A stretch of DNA of 64,000 bases from an uncultured delta proteobacterium. GTDB taxonomy: Bacteria; Myxococcota_A; Polyangia; Polyangiales; Houyiibacteriaceae. Under the pieces are notes generated by a model. That model saw only the letters and a list, made by a program, of their open reading frames with translations. It was not told the origin of the DNA and ran no database searches. Positions 15,751 through 25,802 of this stretch are shown here, one piece after another. Numbering within the stretch: the first letter of the stretch is position 1; each line of letters begins with the position of its first letter. Position numbers and translations under genes: made by a program. The stretch covers positions 96,001 through 160,000 of the forward strand of contig CAVOVB010000010.1 in the NCBI GenBank assembly GCA_963699755.1. Reading direction: 5' to 3'.

Positions 15751-17291
15751 GCGCCATCGGTGAGCGCGATCTTCGGACGCGTCGACCCGAGCACGGAGAG
15801 CTCAATCCCGTCCGTTTCGGCGTGGGCTGCAAAATCTTGGATGACCTCGCGCACGTCATGGTCGAGAATTCGCGTACCGGACATGTCGATGGTCAGTGCG
15901 CAGTCTTTCGGGATTTCCCTCAAGATTCGCTTGAGAGACGCCTTGTTGAGGAAGGTCATGTGCTCGGTGAGACGAATCGTGAAGCAACCGGGACTGGTCT
16001 CCTCACGGTAGAAATTGAGCTGATAGTTGAAGATCAGGATCTCGAAAAAGGCGACGGCCATGCCGAGCATGATCCCCCTGAGCAGGTCTGTGAAGACCAG
16101 GCCTACGATCGTCACGGCGAAGGGCACGAACTGCCAGAAGCCCTCGGTCCACATCTGCTTGATGAGCGAGACGCGAGTAAGCCGGTACCCGATCAGCAAA
16201 AGGATGGCCGCAAGGCTCGCCAGGGGGATTTGGTTGAGGAGGTCTGGAATCGCAGCAACGCAGGCTAGGAGTAGAATGCCGTGAATGAACGAAGCGCGGC
16301 GTGTCTTGCCGCCGGCGTCGATGTTCGCGGTGCTTCGGACGATGACCTGTGTCACCGGGATGCCACCGAAGAGCCCTGACACGATGTTACCAAGTCCTTG
16401 TGCCTTGAGCTCCTGGTTGGTCGGTGTCACCCGCTTCTCAGGGTCGAGATTGTCCGTCGCCTCGACCGATAGAAGCGTCTCGATGCTCGCGATGAGCGCG
16501 AGAGTGAGCCCGATGATGTAGACCTCCGGGTTCGTGATCTGAGAGAAATCGGGGCGAATGAAGTGGGAAAGAAACTCCCCCACCGAAGAGGACACCGGGA
16601 CGGTGACGAGGTGCTCGCCAGAAATCGCAAGCCGAGGGCTGAGCGCGCCCAAGATCCGGTTGAGCGCGATGCCGAAGAGGACCACCAGCAAAGGCGCTGG
16701 GAGGGCACGGGCGATCCGGTGCTTCTTGAACGCGGGACGCTGCCACAGTAGCAGGACCGTGAGGGAGACGGCGGTGACGATCATCGCCCCAGGGCTGAAC
16801 GCCCGGAGCGCGTATCCGATTTCGCTGAACGTGTTGTGGCCGTCGCGTTGAAAGAACTCGAGCTCACCCTCCCAGGACTGGTCGTATCCGAGCGCATGAG
16901 GGATCTGCTTGAGGATCAGAATGATACCGATGCCGGCAAGCATTCCCTTGATCACACTCGATGGGAAGTAGTGGGCGATGACGCCAGCCTTGAGAAACGC
17001 AACCACCAGCTGCGCCACCCCGCAGATGATGACCGCCAACAAATAGGCCTCGAGCCCCAGGGTCTCGATTCCCGCCGCCACCATGACGGCGAGCCCGGCA
17101 GCAGGTCCACTCACGCCATGACGGGAACCGCTGAACAGCGTAACGACGATCCCGCCGGCAATTCCCGCGACCAGCCCGCTGAACAGAGGCGCGCCGGAGG
17201 CGAGCGCAATGCCCAGGCACAGCGGCAGCGCCACGAGAAAGACGACGATGCCCGCTCGCAAGTCGTCCCCGAGGTATTGCCGCTCGAACAT
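15747..17291 (-). CDS. SulP/SLC26 anion (possibly bicarbonate) transporter with short STAS-like C-terminus
   Basis: DLRAGIVVFLVALPLCLGIALASGAP, VSGPAAG, IETLLS, ELKAQGLGN, VIVRS. Confidence 0.92.
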   Translation of the reverse strand: MFERQYLGDDLRAGIVVFLVALPLCLGIALASGAPLFSGLVAGIAGGIVVTLFSGSRHGVSGPAAGLAVMVAAGIETLGLEAYLLAVIICGVAQLVVAFLKAGVIAHYFPSSVIKGMLAGIGIILILKQIPHALGYDQSWEGELEFFQRDGHNTFSEIGYALRAFSPGAMIVTAVSLTVLLLWQRPAFKKHRIARALPAPLLVVLFGIALNRILGALSPRLAISGEHLVTVPVSSSVGEFLSHFIRPDFSQITNPEVYIIGLTLALIASIETLLSVEATDNLDPEKRVTPTNQELKAQGLGNIVSGLFGGIPVTQVIVRSTANIDAGGKTRRASFIHGILLLACVAAIPDLLNQIPLASLAAILLLIGYRLTRVSLIKQMWTEGFWQFVPFAVTIVGLVFTDLLRGIMLGMAVAFFEILIFNYQLNFYREETSPGCFTIRLTEHMTFLNKASLKRILREIPKDCALTIDMSGTRILDHDVREVIQDFAAHAETDGIELSVLGSTRPKIALTDGA

Positions 17292-17321
17292 ACCGTAGTA
17301 TGAGGCGCGAACGGCGTGGCG

Positions 17322-17789
17322 CTAGAGTCGGAGCCTCACTTTGATCGTCGTGGCGCCCCCTCTGTACGAAAACACCGCCGCCTGGTACTTTGGGGGACCG
17401 AAGCGCTCTGGGGGGATGTTGTTCGAGACGCCCCACCATTCTTTCGGCCGGCCCACCATGCTGGTCTCGAGCTCTCCATCCTTGTTTTCGTCGTGCATGA
17501 CGGAGACCGCATATTTTCCGGGCTTCACACCCCTGAACACGCAGCTTGCTTCGCCCTTCTTCGATTTGACGAACATCGTGGCGTCGGCCTTGGCGGGCTT
17601 GCTGGGAAAGCCGTCTTCTGTGGAATAGAGCGAGCAGCCGATCTGACCTTTGTCGTTCTGAATGTTGGAAACGTCGATGGTCAAAGCTGGCGGGAAGCTT
17701 GCATTTTCGGCGTCGGCTCCGGCGTGCGCGGGCACCACGAGTGCCGCGACGGTGAGAATAAACGTGCTCGTCGTGTTGCGTCTGGTCAT
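17322..17789 (-). CDS. DUF2141-like exported protein
   Basis: Signal peptide; PGKYAVSVMHDENKDGELE, GRPKEWWGVSNN. Confidence 0.85.
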   Translation of the reverse strand: MTRRNTTSTFILTVAALVVPAHAGADAENASFPPALTIDVSNIQNDKGQIGCSLYSTEDGFPSKPAKADATMFVKSKKGEASCVFRGVKPGKYAVSVMHDENKDGELETSMVGRPKEWWGVSNNIPPERFGPPKYQAAVFSYRGGATTIKVRLRL

Positions 17790-17897
17790 CGTCGATTCCT
17801 AAGTCTGATGGACATGCGTCCTTGTGTACACGAAAATCGCTCTACTACTCCCAGAGGTGTTCCCCTATTGCGGCGCGAAGGGCAGTTTCGCGAGCTC

Positions 17898-18593
17898 TCA
17901 GGCGGGCGGCCGCGTCGATGAGCGCCAGTCTCGATCCGTTGACGTCCACCTCCGCATCGATGACCTCGGCGGCGTCGAAGATCCCTGCCTCGAAGCCTCG
18001 GCGCTTTGCGGCGGATTGGACTCCTCGATCGCACGGCGTACGAGCTGCAAAACCCTGGGGTCAAAGCCGAGCGATAGGTGACTCGCCTCCACCTCGATGT
18101 GCTCGCAGTGCGCGTTGTGCCGGTCGATACAGGCTTCCCACTTCACCACGGCATCACGGCGACTGTAGATCGCGGTGAGAGGCACCGAGATCGGAATCCG
18201 ATTTCGGTCCTCGACGGCGCGCTCGATCTCGTCGAGGTCCTCCCCCAGCACCCGTTCGTAGAAGGCCGCAGCCCTGGTGTATTTCGGTCCTCCGATGACG
18301 GGCGAGCCCAAGGTGACCACGCTTCTGACGAGCTCTGGGCGCTCGCGCGCGACCTCGCGGGCGAGCACGCCGCCGAGGCTCCAGCCTACGAGCGCCACCG
18401 GTTCCCGATAGCGTTCGAACAGCGCTTCGGTCCTCGAAACGACTTTGGGGATCAGCATGGGAACGCGGCCGCGATTGATTCCCAATCGCCATCGGTGAAC
18501 CTGGTAGCCGGCGTTCCGGAGGTAGCGTCGAATGACGAATGTGGAGAGGTCGCCGGCGCTGAAGCCAGGAAACACCGCAACCGGCGTAGACAT
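17898..18593 (-). CDS. Alpha/beta-hydrolase (esterase/lipase-like)
   Basis: FPGF oxyanion loop, GWSLGG, TLGSP, YSRRDAVV, SHLSLG. Confidence 0.85.
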   Translation of the reverse strand: MSTPVAVFPGFSAGDLSTFVIRRYLRNAGYQVHRWRLGINRGRVPMLIPKVVSRTEALFERYREPVALVGWSLGGVLAREVARERPELVRSVVTLGSPVIGGPKYTRAAAFYERVLGEDLDEIERAVEDRNRIPISVPLTAIYSRRDAVVKWEACIDRHNAHCEHIEVEASHLSLGFDPRVLQLVRRAIEESNPPQSAEASRQGSSTPPRSSMRRWTSTDRDWRSSTRPPA

Positions 18594-18708
18594 TGGTGAT
18601 CTCTAGAGGTCGGCCCGTCCATTGGCAAGTAGTGGCCTCGAAGCCGTCCCACCCTGCCCAACTGAGGTTCGACAAAGGACCTCCCCTGCTGCTATTCGCT
18701 GGTGCATC

Positions 18709-19581
18709 ATGGGTCTCCAACGCGCAGCCGTCGCATCGTCCGTGATCTCTGGCGCGGTGATCCTGGCCGGCGTGATTGCCTGGGCCAGCAGCCCGGGAGG
18801 CGCCGAGATCGGCGGCATGCCCGTCATGGTCCTGTGCGCAGCCATCGCCTTCGTCGTGCAGTGGTTTGCGTTCCTGCCTGCCTATTGGAAACAGACCGAA
18901 CGGTTCTATGACCTCGTCGGGAGCTTGACCTACGTTCTGGTCACCAGCGTTGCGCTCTTGGCCTCTCGACCGACCGATGCTCGCTCCGCCATCCTCGGCC
19001 TTCTGGTTTTCATCTGGGCGTCACGCCTCGGCAGCTTTCTATTTCGACGAGTGCGAAGCGCAGGATCCGATCCCCGCTTCGATGACATCAAGCCTAGCGC
19101 CTCGCGTTTTCTCGTGGCCTGGACGCTTCAAGGGCTCTGGGTGTTCCTGACCCTCTGTGCTGCGCTTGCTGCGATCACGACGACGTCGCCCTCGGCGCTT
19201 GGGTTGCTCGACGCTTCGGGCATCCTGGTATGGGCGATCGGTTTTGCGATCGAGGTTGTCGCCGATCGGCAAAAGAGCCAATCGCGCATGGCGAATCCAG
19301 GAGAGTTCGTTCACACTGGCCTCTGGGCCTGGTCTCGACATCCCAACTATTTCGGGGAGATCGTGCTCTGGTTGGGCGTGGCGCTGATCGCGGCGTCGAC
19401 TCTGCATGGCTGGCAGTGGATCACGATGATCTCACCGGTCTTCGTGGTCTTTCTTCTCACGCGCGTCAGTGGAATCCCGCTTCTCGAAAAGCGCGCGGAT
19501 GAGCGATGGGGCGACTACGAAAGCTACCGCACCTACAAAGCCAGGACGCCGATCTTGGTCCCGCGTCCACCTCGACGATGA
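18709..19581 (+). CDS. DUF1295 / steroid 5-alpha-reductase-like membrane protein
   Basis: ERFYDLVGS, WASRLG, DPRF, ADRQK, GLWAWSRHPNYFGE, SGIPLLE. Confidence 0.9.
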   Translation: MGLQRAAVASSVISGAVILAGVIAWASSPGGAEIGGMPVMVLCAAIAFVVQWFAFLPAYWKQTERFYDLVGSLTYVLVTSVALLASRPTDARSAILGLLVFIWASRLGSFLFRRVRSAGSDPRFDDIKPSASRFLVAWTLQGLWVFLTLCAALAAITTTSPSALGLLDASGILVWAIGFAIEVVADRQKSQSRMANPGEFVHTGLWAWSRHPNYFGEIVLWLGVALIAASTLHGWQWITMISPVFVVFLLTRVSGIPLLEKRADERWGDYESYRTYKARTPILVPRPPRR

Positions 19582-19638
19582 GCGCGCGCGACCAGATCTG
19601 GCCGGACGCGGACTCGGGCCCTAGGATCTCGGACCAGG

Positions 19639-20799
19639 ATGGCTGAGCCCGCTTTCCCGAGTCGCTACAGGAATCGACGAGAAGCCAGGCTGCGCTTTGG
19701 AGACGATGCAGATCGGTACGCCCGCTTCTATCTCTTAGGTGATCCCGTGGCCGACGACCTGGTCGCATGGATGGAGCGAAGCGGCGAAGCGGCCAAGGCG
19801 CAGGTCGAGCGCGCCCTTCAAGGGGGCATCGCAGAGGCTCGCGATCCGGCTCCCGAGCTCGAACGTTTCTTCGCGCGTGCCGAGTCCCTGCCGCCTTGGG
19901 TCGACTTCGAACAGCTGCGAACCGGTGCGCTCGCTTACCAGCGCTTCGGCATCCTAGGCATGTTCGTACTGAGCGCATGGTCCCTGATCAACGGCTATCA
20001 TTCGAGCGCCGCCGTCAAGCCGCTCGCCTTCACTGGGCAGCTCCACCGCAACACCCAACGACGCCTCGCCGAAACCGCGCGATTCGTAAGTGAGGCGTCG
20101 CAGGTCGACGGCCTTCGAGCTGGACGCCCTGGGCACGAGATCGCGCTGCGGGTCAGTGTGATTCACGCGCACGTGCGTAGCGCCTGCCTGCGCTCGGGCC
20201 AGTGGCGCACCGAGGCTTGGGGACTTCCAATCAACCAAGCCGACATGTTCGGAACCCTTCTGGAGTTTTCGCTTCTGATGATGGATGGCGCTCAGCGTCT
20301 CGGCTTCGTGCTCACCCCGGAAGAACGTGAAGCGATTCTCGCCATGTGGCGGTACTGCGGCCACTTGAGTGGCGTCGACCCCTGGCTCCTCGATGCGCTC
20401 GGGAGCGAAACCAAGACGCGACGCCTCGCCGATCTGCTGCGGCTGGTTCAGCCCGGCCCCGACCGGGATTCATTGACTCTGACCGAGCAACTCCTGAAAG
20501 TGCCGGGGCAAAACGCCAAAGGCAAAGGCCCCCCGGTGCTCGCCCTCGCCGTAAGCCGCATTCACAACGGGCTTGCGCGAGCCTTCAACGGCCCTGAGAT
20601 CGCAAACGAACTTCGGATTCCCGACGATCTCTGGCAGTACTCCATCTACCCCATTCGCGTCCTCGTCACGCCGTTCGAATGGCTTCGCTGTCGCGTGCCC
20701 GGCGCGAGCCGGCTGGCCTCAGAAGTAGGGAACCGAGCCGTCCGTGGAGATCTGGCTCGAATCCTACGCGGCGAAGAGCCGTCGTTCAGCATTTCATAA
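19639..20799 (+). CDS. MpaB/rubber-oxygenase (DUF2236)-like heme oxygenase-domain protein
   Basis: GDPVADD, PPWVD, RRLAET, VSVIHAHVR, WGLPINQADM, WRYCGHLSG. Confidence 0.85.
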   Translation: MAEPAFPSRYRNRREARLRFGDDADRYARFYLLGDPVADDLVAWMERSGEAAKAQVERALQGGIAEARDPAPELERFFARAESLPPWVDFEQLRTGALAYQRFGILGMFVLSAWSLINGYHSSAAVKPLAFTGQLHRNTQRRLAETARFVSEASQVDGLRAGRPGHEIALRVSVIHAHVRSACLRSGQWRTEAWGLPINQADMFGTLLEFSLLMMDGAQRLGFVLTPEEREAILAMWRYCGHLSGVDPWLLDALGSETKTRRLADLLRLVQPGPDRDSLTLTEQLLKVPGQNAKGKGPPVLALAVSRIHNGLARAFNGPEIANELRIPDDLWQYSIYPIRVLVTPFEWLRCRVPGASRLASEVGNRAVRGDLARILRGEEPSFSIS

Positions 20800-20932
20800 T
20801 CGTTGCCGCGTGCTCGTCCATGTTCTTGTCCAGGCCAAGCCCGGCGGCTCGTACGCCGTTCCACGCCCGGCTGGCGCCGGCATGACGAGGTCTTGACCTG
20901 TGCCCTTCTCGCCCCGTCGTAGCGAGAAGCGC

Positions 20933-22372
20933 TCACAAGCTAGTCGCGGCGCAGGCGACCTGGGTGGTCGTTTCCCAGCGAATCCGCTCGATCTCGGCGA
21001 GGGCGACCGCCTCGATGTATTGCATACGGGCCATGGCGGCCTGCTGCTCGCGAAGATTCACGAAGATTAGATTGCTCGAGCCGACCTCGAACCGACGGCG
21101 CTCTCCTTCGGCAAGCTCGGCAGCGGTGTCGACCACCTCGTCTGTTAGCTCGGCTCGACGCTGGGCGGCCTCGACCGCCGACGCCGCGTCCAGGGTTCTG
21201 GCGCGAAGCTGGTCAGACACGAAGCGCAAGCGCGCCTCTTTTTCGGCTACCTCCGCCCGCGCGGCGCCGGCCCTGCCGCGGTCCTTGCGCAATAGCAAGG
21301 GCATCGACAGCTTCACGCCAGCCTCGAACACGTTGCCCGGAAGCGTGAAGTCGAGATCCGTCTCGGTGAGGTCCCCGAGGTCGCGGGAGTACGCGAAGCT
21401 CGCGCGAATCTCCGGAGCGACCTGATTGCGGGTGAGCTTCTGATCGACCTCCGCCGCTTCGAGCTCCGCGCGTGCCTTTTCGAGCTCGGGGTGGCAGGCC
21501 AAGACGTCCTCGATCGCGCGTTCTACCAAGAGCCGTTCGATGGGCGCGACCGCCACTCGCTCTGGGACTCGCTGAGCGTTCGCGACGACCGGGAGCCCCT
21601 GAGAGTCGCGCAAGAACAGCGACAGCTCGAAGGTAGCTTTCTCGAAAGCTCGCTCAGCGGCGACCAGAAAAGCCTTTCGCTCGAGCAGGATTCGCTCGTT
21701 GTCGACGACGTCGAAAGACGGGATCGAACCGGCTGCGAGGCGTCGCCGGAGCTGTGCGTCACGTTGCTCGGCCAGGTCGAGCAAGGCCCTCGCGACTTCC
21801 CGGTTTTGCCCCGTGCCGACCCAGTTCCAATAGGTCTGCGCCGCGGCGAGCTCGAGGTTGAGCCTGGCCGCCGATAGGTTCTGGCCGGCGGCTTCTTCTA
21901 GCTGGATGGCGCGGGCGCGCTCGGCGCGCTCTGGGTCGATCAGACCACCGCGCCAGATGGGCACCTCGATCCCCGCGCGAACCTCGCCACCCGAGAGTGT
22001 CTGATCATCGCGATAGGTCGGCCAACGCTCGTTGACGCCAAGACCCACGCGGTAGCCCACGAAGATCTCGGAACCCCAAAGCGTCGTGGGCTGACGAAGC
22101 TCTACGTTGGCCTGGCGCAAGTCGTAGTACGCTCCGGTGAGGATCTTTCCGTCGCCCTCGAGCCGCGGATCAAACGCACCGCGCGCCGCCGTCGCCTTGG
22201 ACTCCGCCTTGCGGAGCTGCGCAACCGCCTGGCGGATCCGGGGATCGTGCGCGTTCACCGATTGCAAAACTTCGTCGAAATGCAGCGGGCGCCCTCGCTC
22301 TTCGCTCGCCAGCGCAAGTACGGGTGCAAGCGAGCTCAGGACGAAAACGCTCAACCGCGTGGCAAGGCTCAT
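20933..22372 (-). CDS. TolC family outer-membrane factor
   Basis: ARGAFDP, AAAQTYWNW, ERRRFEVGSSNLIFVNLRE; start MSLATR overlaps the upstream stop (ATGA). Confidence 0.9.
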   Translation of the reverse strand: MSLATRLSVFVLSSLAPVLALASEERGRPLHFDEVLQSVNAHDPRIRQAVAQLRKAESKATAARGAFDPRLEGDGKILTGAYYDLRQANVELRQPTTLWGSEIFVGYRVGLGVNERWPTYRDDQTLSGGEVRAGIEVPIWRGGLIDPERAERARAIQLEEAAGQNLSAARLNLELAAAQTYWNWVGTGQNREVARALLDLAEQRDAQLRRRLAAGSIPSFDVVDNERILLERKAFLVAAERAFEKATFELSLFLRDSQGLPVVANAQRVPERVAVAPIERLLVERAIEDVLACHPELEKARAELEAAEVDQKLTRNQVAPEIRASFAYSRDLGDLTETDLDFTLPGNVFEAGVKLSMPLLLRKDRGRAGAARAEVAEKEARLRFVSDQLRARTLDAASAVEAAQRRAELTDEVVDTAAELAEGERRRFEVGSSNLIFVNLREQQAAMARMQYIEAVALAEIERIRWETTTQVACAATSL

Positions 22373-23706
22373 GGATCCTCCTTGCCGCTCGTCGCCATGG
22401 GCGGTGGGTCGGTAGTTGGCGGGAAGCCGTTGAACTGGCGCCAGACCTCGAAGCCGAGCGAAACCCGGTTGAGCAAGACCCAACCTTTGGCGAGCACGCC
22501 CTGGCGCAGATAGCTGGCAGCGGGCCAGGGGCTGTCTTCGAGGTCGGGAACGACGACGATGCGGAAATCCCCGCGCCCATCGTCGGTGGCATCGACAAAG
22601 GCCACCCGCCCGCCAAAGGTCCCGACCGCGACGGACGGCCAACCGGAAAACTGCACCGCCGGCCAGCCTTCGAACTGCAGCCGCACGGGGCTTCCCTGTT
22701 TGATGAGGGCGGCATCGTTGCCATCGACGTAGAGCTCGACCGCACGATCCTCGGTCTGGGGCACGAGCAAGGCGAGCACCTCTCCTTGCTTGACCTGCTC
22801 TCCACCGAGGCGACCGACGACACGAAGGATCGTCCCGTCGATCGGCGCTTTGATCGTTTGGGCCTGCTGGCGCGAAATGCCCACGTCGAGGCGCGCGAGC
22901 GCGGCATTGGTCGAGGCGACCTCGGTCTCCGCGCTCCGCCAACTTGCCTCGGCGTTTTCGATCTCCGCCTCGGTCGACGCAATGACCCGTCGGAGTGCTG
23001 CGCGGCTTTGAGACAGCTTGTTGCGGGAAGCCGATAGCCTTGCATTGGCGGATGCAACCTCGGCCCTGCTCTGTCGCGCGGCGAGCTCTGCAAGCTCGAG
23101 CTCTCGTTGCGATGCGAGGCCATCATTGAACAGGTCGCGCTGGCGACGAAGGTTGAGCTCGTTGGTTTCGAGCTCGGCGGTGGCGGCTCCCACATCCTGC
23201 TCGGCTGCCTCGACGCCGCGCTGCGCGATCTGGATGTTCGACTCGGTCGCGGAGATCTCGGCCCGCTGCGAGCGGCGAATGGATTCGATTCGGCTGCTCA
23301 GCGACTCGGCGCGCTGGGCCTGCGCGATTCGTCGCACTTCGATCGCGGCCCGCTCCGCCCCAAGACGGTCGAGCATCGATTCGTCGTTGTCGACCAGCTT
23401 GACGATGGGGTCACCCTTCTTGACCTGCGTTCCCTCCTGCACGAACCACTCCTCGATGCGCCCGGAGATCGTCGCCTCGATGGGCTGCTGACGCTGGTCC
23501 GGCGCATAGGCGAGCACACGCCCGCTGCCACGGATGTTCTGCGTCCAAGGTGCGAGGAGCGCAGCAAGCGAAAACAGGAGAAAAACGGAAACCAAGACTT
23601 TGGCCACCACGACCGTCCGCTGGGGCGCGGGGACAGCCAAGGTCTCCGGAAGCGTATCCCGTTCGAAGCCAGACCAGTGATCGGCTTTGACCGATGTACC
23701 CTTCAT
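22369..23706 (-). CDS. HlyD family secretion membrane-fusion protein
   Basis: PWTQNIRGSG, lipoyl-like VQEGTQVKKGD, long coiled coil, IKAPIDG, VRLQFEGWPAVQFSGWP; start MKGTSV. Confidence 0.9.
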   Translation of the reverse strand: MKGTSVKADHWSGFERDTLPETLAVPAPQRTVVVAKVLVSVFLLFSLAALLAPWTQNIRGSGRVLAYAPDQRQQPIEATISGRIEEWFVQEGTQVKKGDPIVKLVDNDESMLDRLGAERAAIEVRRIAQAQRAESLSSRIESIRRSQRAEISATESNIQIAQRGVEAAEQDVGAATAELETNELNLRRQRDLFNDGLASQRELELAELAARQSRAEVASANARLSASRNKLSQSRAALRRVIASTEAEIENAEASWRSAETEVASTNAALARLDVGISRQQAQTIKAPIDGTILRVVGRLGGEQVKQGEVLALLVPQTEDRAVELYVDGNDAALIKQGSPVRLQFEGWPAVQFSGWPSVAVGTFGGRVAFVDATDDGRGDFRIVVVPDLEDSPWPAASYLRQGVLAKGWVLLNRVSLGFEVWRQFNGFPPTTDPPPMATSGKEDP

Positions 23707-25385
23707 GCTGCCTCTCCTTCCTGTCGGATCGTTTCGGAAATTTGGAAGTGCCGATCCATTCGCTCTCGAACCGCAGAGTCCTCGGAAACGATGAGCAGCG
23801 AGGTATCGCGCAATGTCGACAATCGCTCGGCAATGCGGACCCCGGCTACGGAGTCCATTCGATCCAAGGTGCGGTCCAGAATCAACAAGGAGGGTTTTCC
23901 AGCCACCGCTCTTGCGATCGTGAGGGCAATGCCCTGGCTCCGCGAAAGCGGCGCCCCATCTCGCAGGATCGGAGTTTGCAGACCCAGGGGGAGAGACTTC
24001 ACGACCTCTGCCAGGCCTACGCGACCCAAGGCGTCCCATGCCTCCTCGGCGCTGAGGTCTGGATTGGCTGCCCGAAGATTGTCCAAGATGCAGCCCGGAA
24101 AGATCTCTGCACCACGAACGAGCGAGACTCGGCTGCGAAGCTCGCGGAGCGCGAGGTCGCGAACGTCGTGGCCGTCCATCTCGATGACTCCGGCGCTCGG
24201 AACACGTAGCCCGAAGATGGAATCGACGAGCGCCACGGTATCCCGCTCCGTGCCAGCGATTGACACGTGTTCGCCGGATTCAATCTTCAGCGAAACTTGG
24301 ATCGGCTCCGCATCTGCTTCCGGGTTGAGCGCCACGTTCTTCAGCACCAGCCCGAGTGCGAGCCCGCTATCGGGCGGAAGGATCTCGCCATCTGCTCGTT
24401 CCAAGGGTAGATCGAGGATTTCGCCAAGCTTGTCCACCGCGGCAACCAAGTCGTAGAACGTCTCCACTTTGCCTCCCAGCTTTGCGATCGAAGCAACGAC
24501 CGCGGTCACGATGAGCTCCGCGGCGACGAGCTGGCCGATCGAAAGCTGACGCTCGATCACCAACAAACCGCCTACCGCGAGCAAGGCAACGCTAGCCACC
24601 ACTTCGATCGTGAACGCGCCAAGCAGCTGACGAAAGACGATGCGGAAGTGTCGATCACGCTCATCCAAATACGACTTCGCCAGCGTTTCAACTTGAGTCC
24701 GCGCGAGTTGTTCGCCCCCTACGAGCTTGAAAGAGAGTGGATGACGTGCCATTTCTTCGAGCCATCCGGCCACCGCGTACTTCGCTTTGGACTCGGCGAC
24801 ACTGGTGCCGGTGCCCCCACGGCCAAGCGGAATCAAGACGAGCACCGCACCGACGATGAGCACCAGGTCGAACGCGAGCAGCACCGGGTGATAGAACGCC
24901 AGGACGATCAAGCCGACCAGCGCGATCAACACTGCGTCCACACCGCCGAGGAGCAATGAGGCCACGCTCTTCTGGATTGTGAACACGTCGAAGAAACGGT
25001 TCAGAAGCTCCGGCCCGTTGGCATCCCGAAGCGCCGTACCGCTCACGCGCGGGAGCCGAGCGCCGATCTCAGTGACGATGCGGACAAACAGCCGGCGCTG
25101 CAGCATTTCCGCGACGCGTACCTGGAGCGCGCGAAGAACGGCCGCCCCCGATAGAGCGACGGCAAGCAGGACCGTCAAGACGACCAGCGGCTGAATCAAG
25201 GAGCCGAAGGCGACCGTGTTGACGAGCGACTGGACCGCGACCGGCACCGCGAGCGACAAGAGGCCCAACGCCACGCCGTAGATGACGATGACGGCGATGT
25301 CCTGCCCGTCGAGCGCGAGGAGCTGTCGGGCCCGACGAAGCGGCGAGGGGCGCGAGAGCGCAGTGACAGAAGGCATCTGATTCAT
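23703..25385 (-). CDS. ABC exporter (TMD-NBD fusion) with degenerate ATPase motifs
   Basis: Six-TM domain (LSLAVPVAVQSLVN, ELLNRFFD, GQLVAAELI); NBD has GTERDTVA, LSRSQ and LLILDR at the Walker A, signature and Walker B positions. Confidence 0.88.
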   Translation of the reverse strand: MNQMPSVTALSRPSPLRRARQLLALDGQDIAVIVIYGVALGLLSLAVPVAVQSLVNTVAFGSLIQPLVVLTVLLAVALSGAAVLRALQVRVAEMLQRRLFVRIVTEIGARLPRVSGTALRDANGPELLNRFFDVFTIQKSVASLLLGGVDAVLIALVGLIVLAFYHPVLLAFDLVLIVGAVLVLIPLGRGGTGTSVAESKAKYAVAGWLEEMARHPLSFKLVGGEQLARTQVETLAKSYLDERDRHFRIVFRQLLGAFTIEVVASVALLAVGGLLVIERQLSIGQLVAAELIVTAVVASIAKLGGKVETFYDLVAAVDKLGEILDLPLERADGEILPPDSGLALGLVLKNVALNPEADAEPIQVSLKIESGEHVSIAGTERDTVALVDSIFGLRVPSAGVIEMDGHDVRDLALRELRSRVSLVRGAEIFPGCILDNLRAANPDLSAEEAWDALGRVGLAEVVKSLPLGLQTPILRDGAPLSRSQGIALTIARAVAGKPSLLILDRTLDRMDSVAGVRIAERLSTLRDTSLLIVSEDSAVRERMDRHFQISETIRQEGEAA

Positions 25386-25388
25386 GAG

Positions 25389-25422
25389 ATGTATACCATG
25401 ATACGAAATACATGCTTGTCAA
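25389..25422 (-). promoter_or_regulatory. Divergent promoter region: -35 TTGACA (25422-25417) and inverted repeat ATGTAT-N13-ATACAT
   Basis: AT-rich 70-bp gap between the ABC gene and the HTH gene; repeat arms at 25389-25394 and 25408-25413. Confidence 0.5.
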
Positions 25423-25455
25423 TGCCTGTATTTGGCTTTATGAAAAAGATATCGC

Positions 25456-25755
25456 ATGAATAGCAAACAGAGCAAGGCCCCCCCTCCCCACTGGACTTTC
25501 CTAAGCAATCACGGACACGTGCTGGTTTGCATCGCACGGGACCAAAACGTTCGAGTCCGCGAGATCGCGCAAGCCGTCGGCCTGACCGAGCGCGCCGTAC
25601 AGAGAATCCTGCGCGAGCTGGAGGAGGCCGGCGTGATGGTCCGAACGCGCCAAGGGCGCCGCACCCACTATGAGCTCAACGAGCGCCTCCCCCTACGCCA
25701 CCCGATCGAGGCGCAGCACTCGGTCGGCGAGCTCGTTCGGGCCGTTCGGTCGTAG
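25456..25755 (+). CDS. Winged helix-turn-helix transcriptional regulator (MarR/ArsR-like)
   Basis: WTFLSNHGHVL, VREIAQAVGLTERAVQRILRELEEAG, RQGRRTHY. Confidence 0.88.
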   Translation: MNSKQSKAPPPHWTFLSNHGHVLVCIARDQNVRVREIAQAVGLTERAVQRILRELEEAGVMVRTRQGRRTHYELNERLPLRHPIEAQHSVGELVRAVRS

Positions 25756-25802
25756 GGGATTGACGTCCCAGGCGTCCACCCCATCGAGGTAGTGCGGATA
25801 GC

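Noticed and set aside
17800..17832. Second CarH-like operator upstream of the DUF2141 gene (TGGACA, TGTACA)
   Set aside because: The hexamers are 16 bp apart, not in 11-bp phase
20815..20832. TGGACA/TGGACG pair on the minus strand
   Set aside because: 12-bp spacing and located between convergent gene ends
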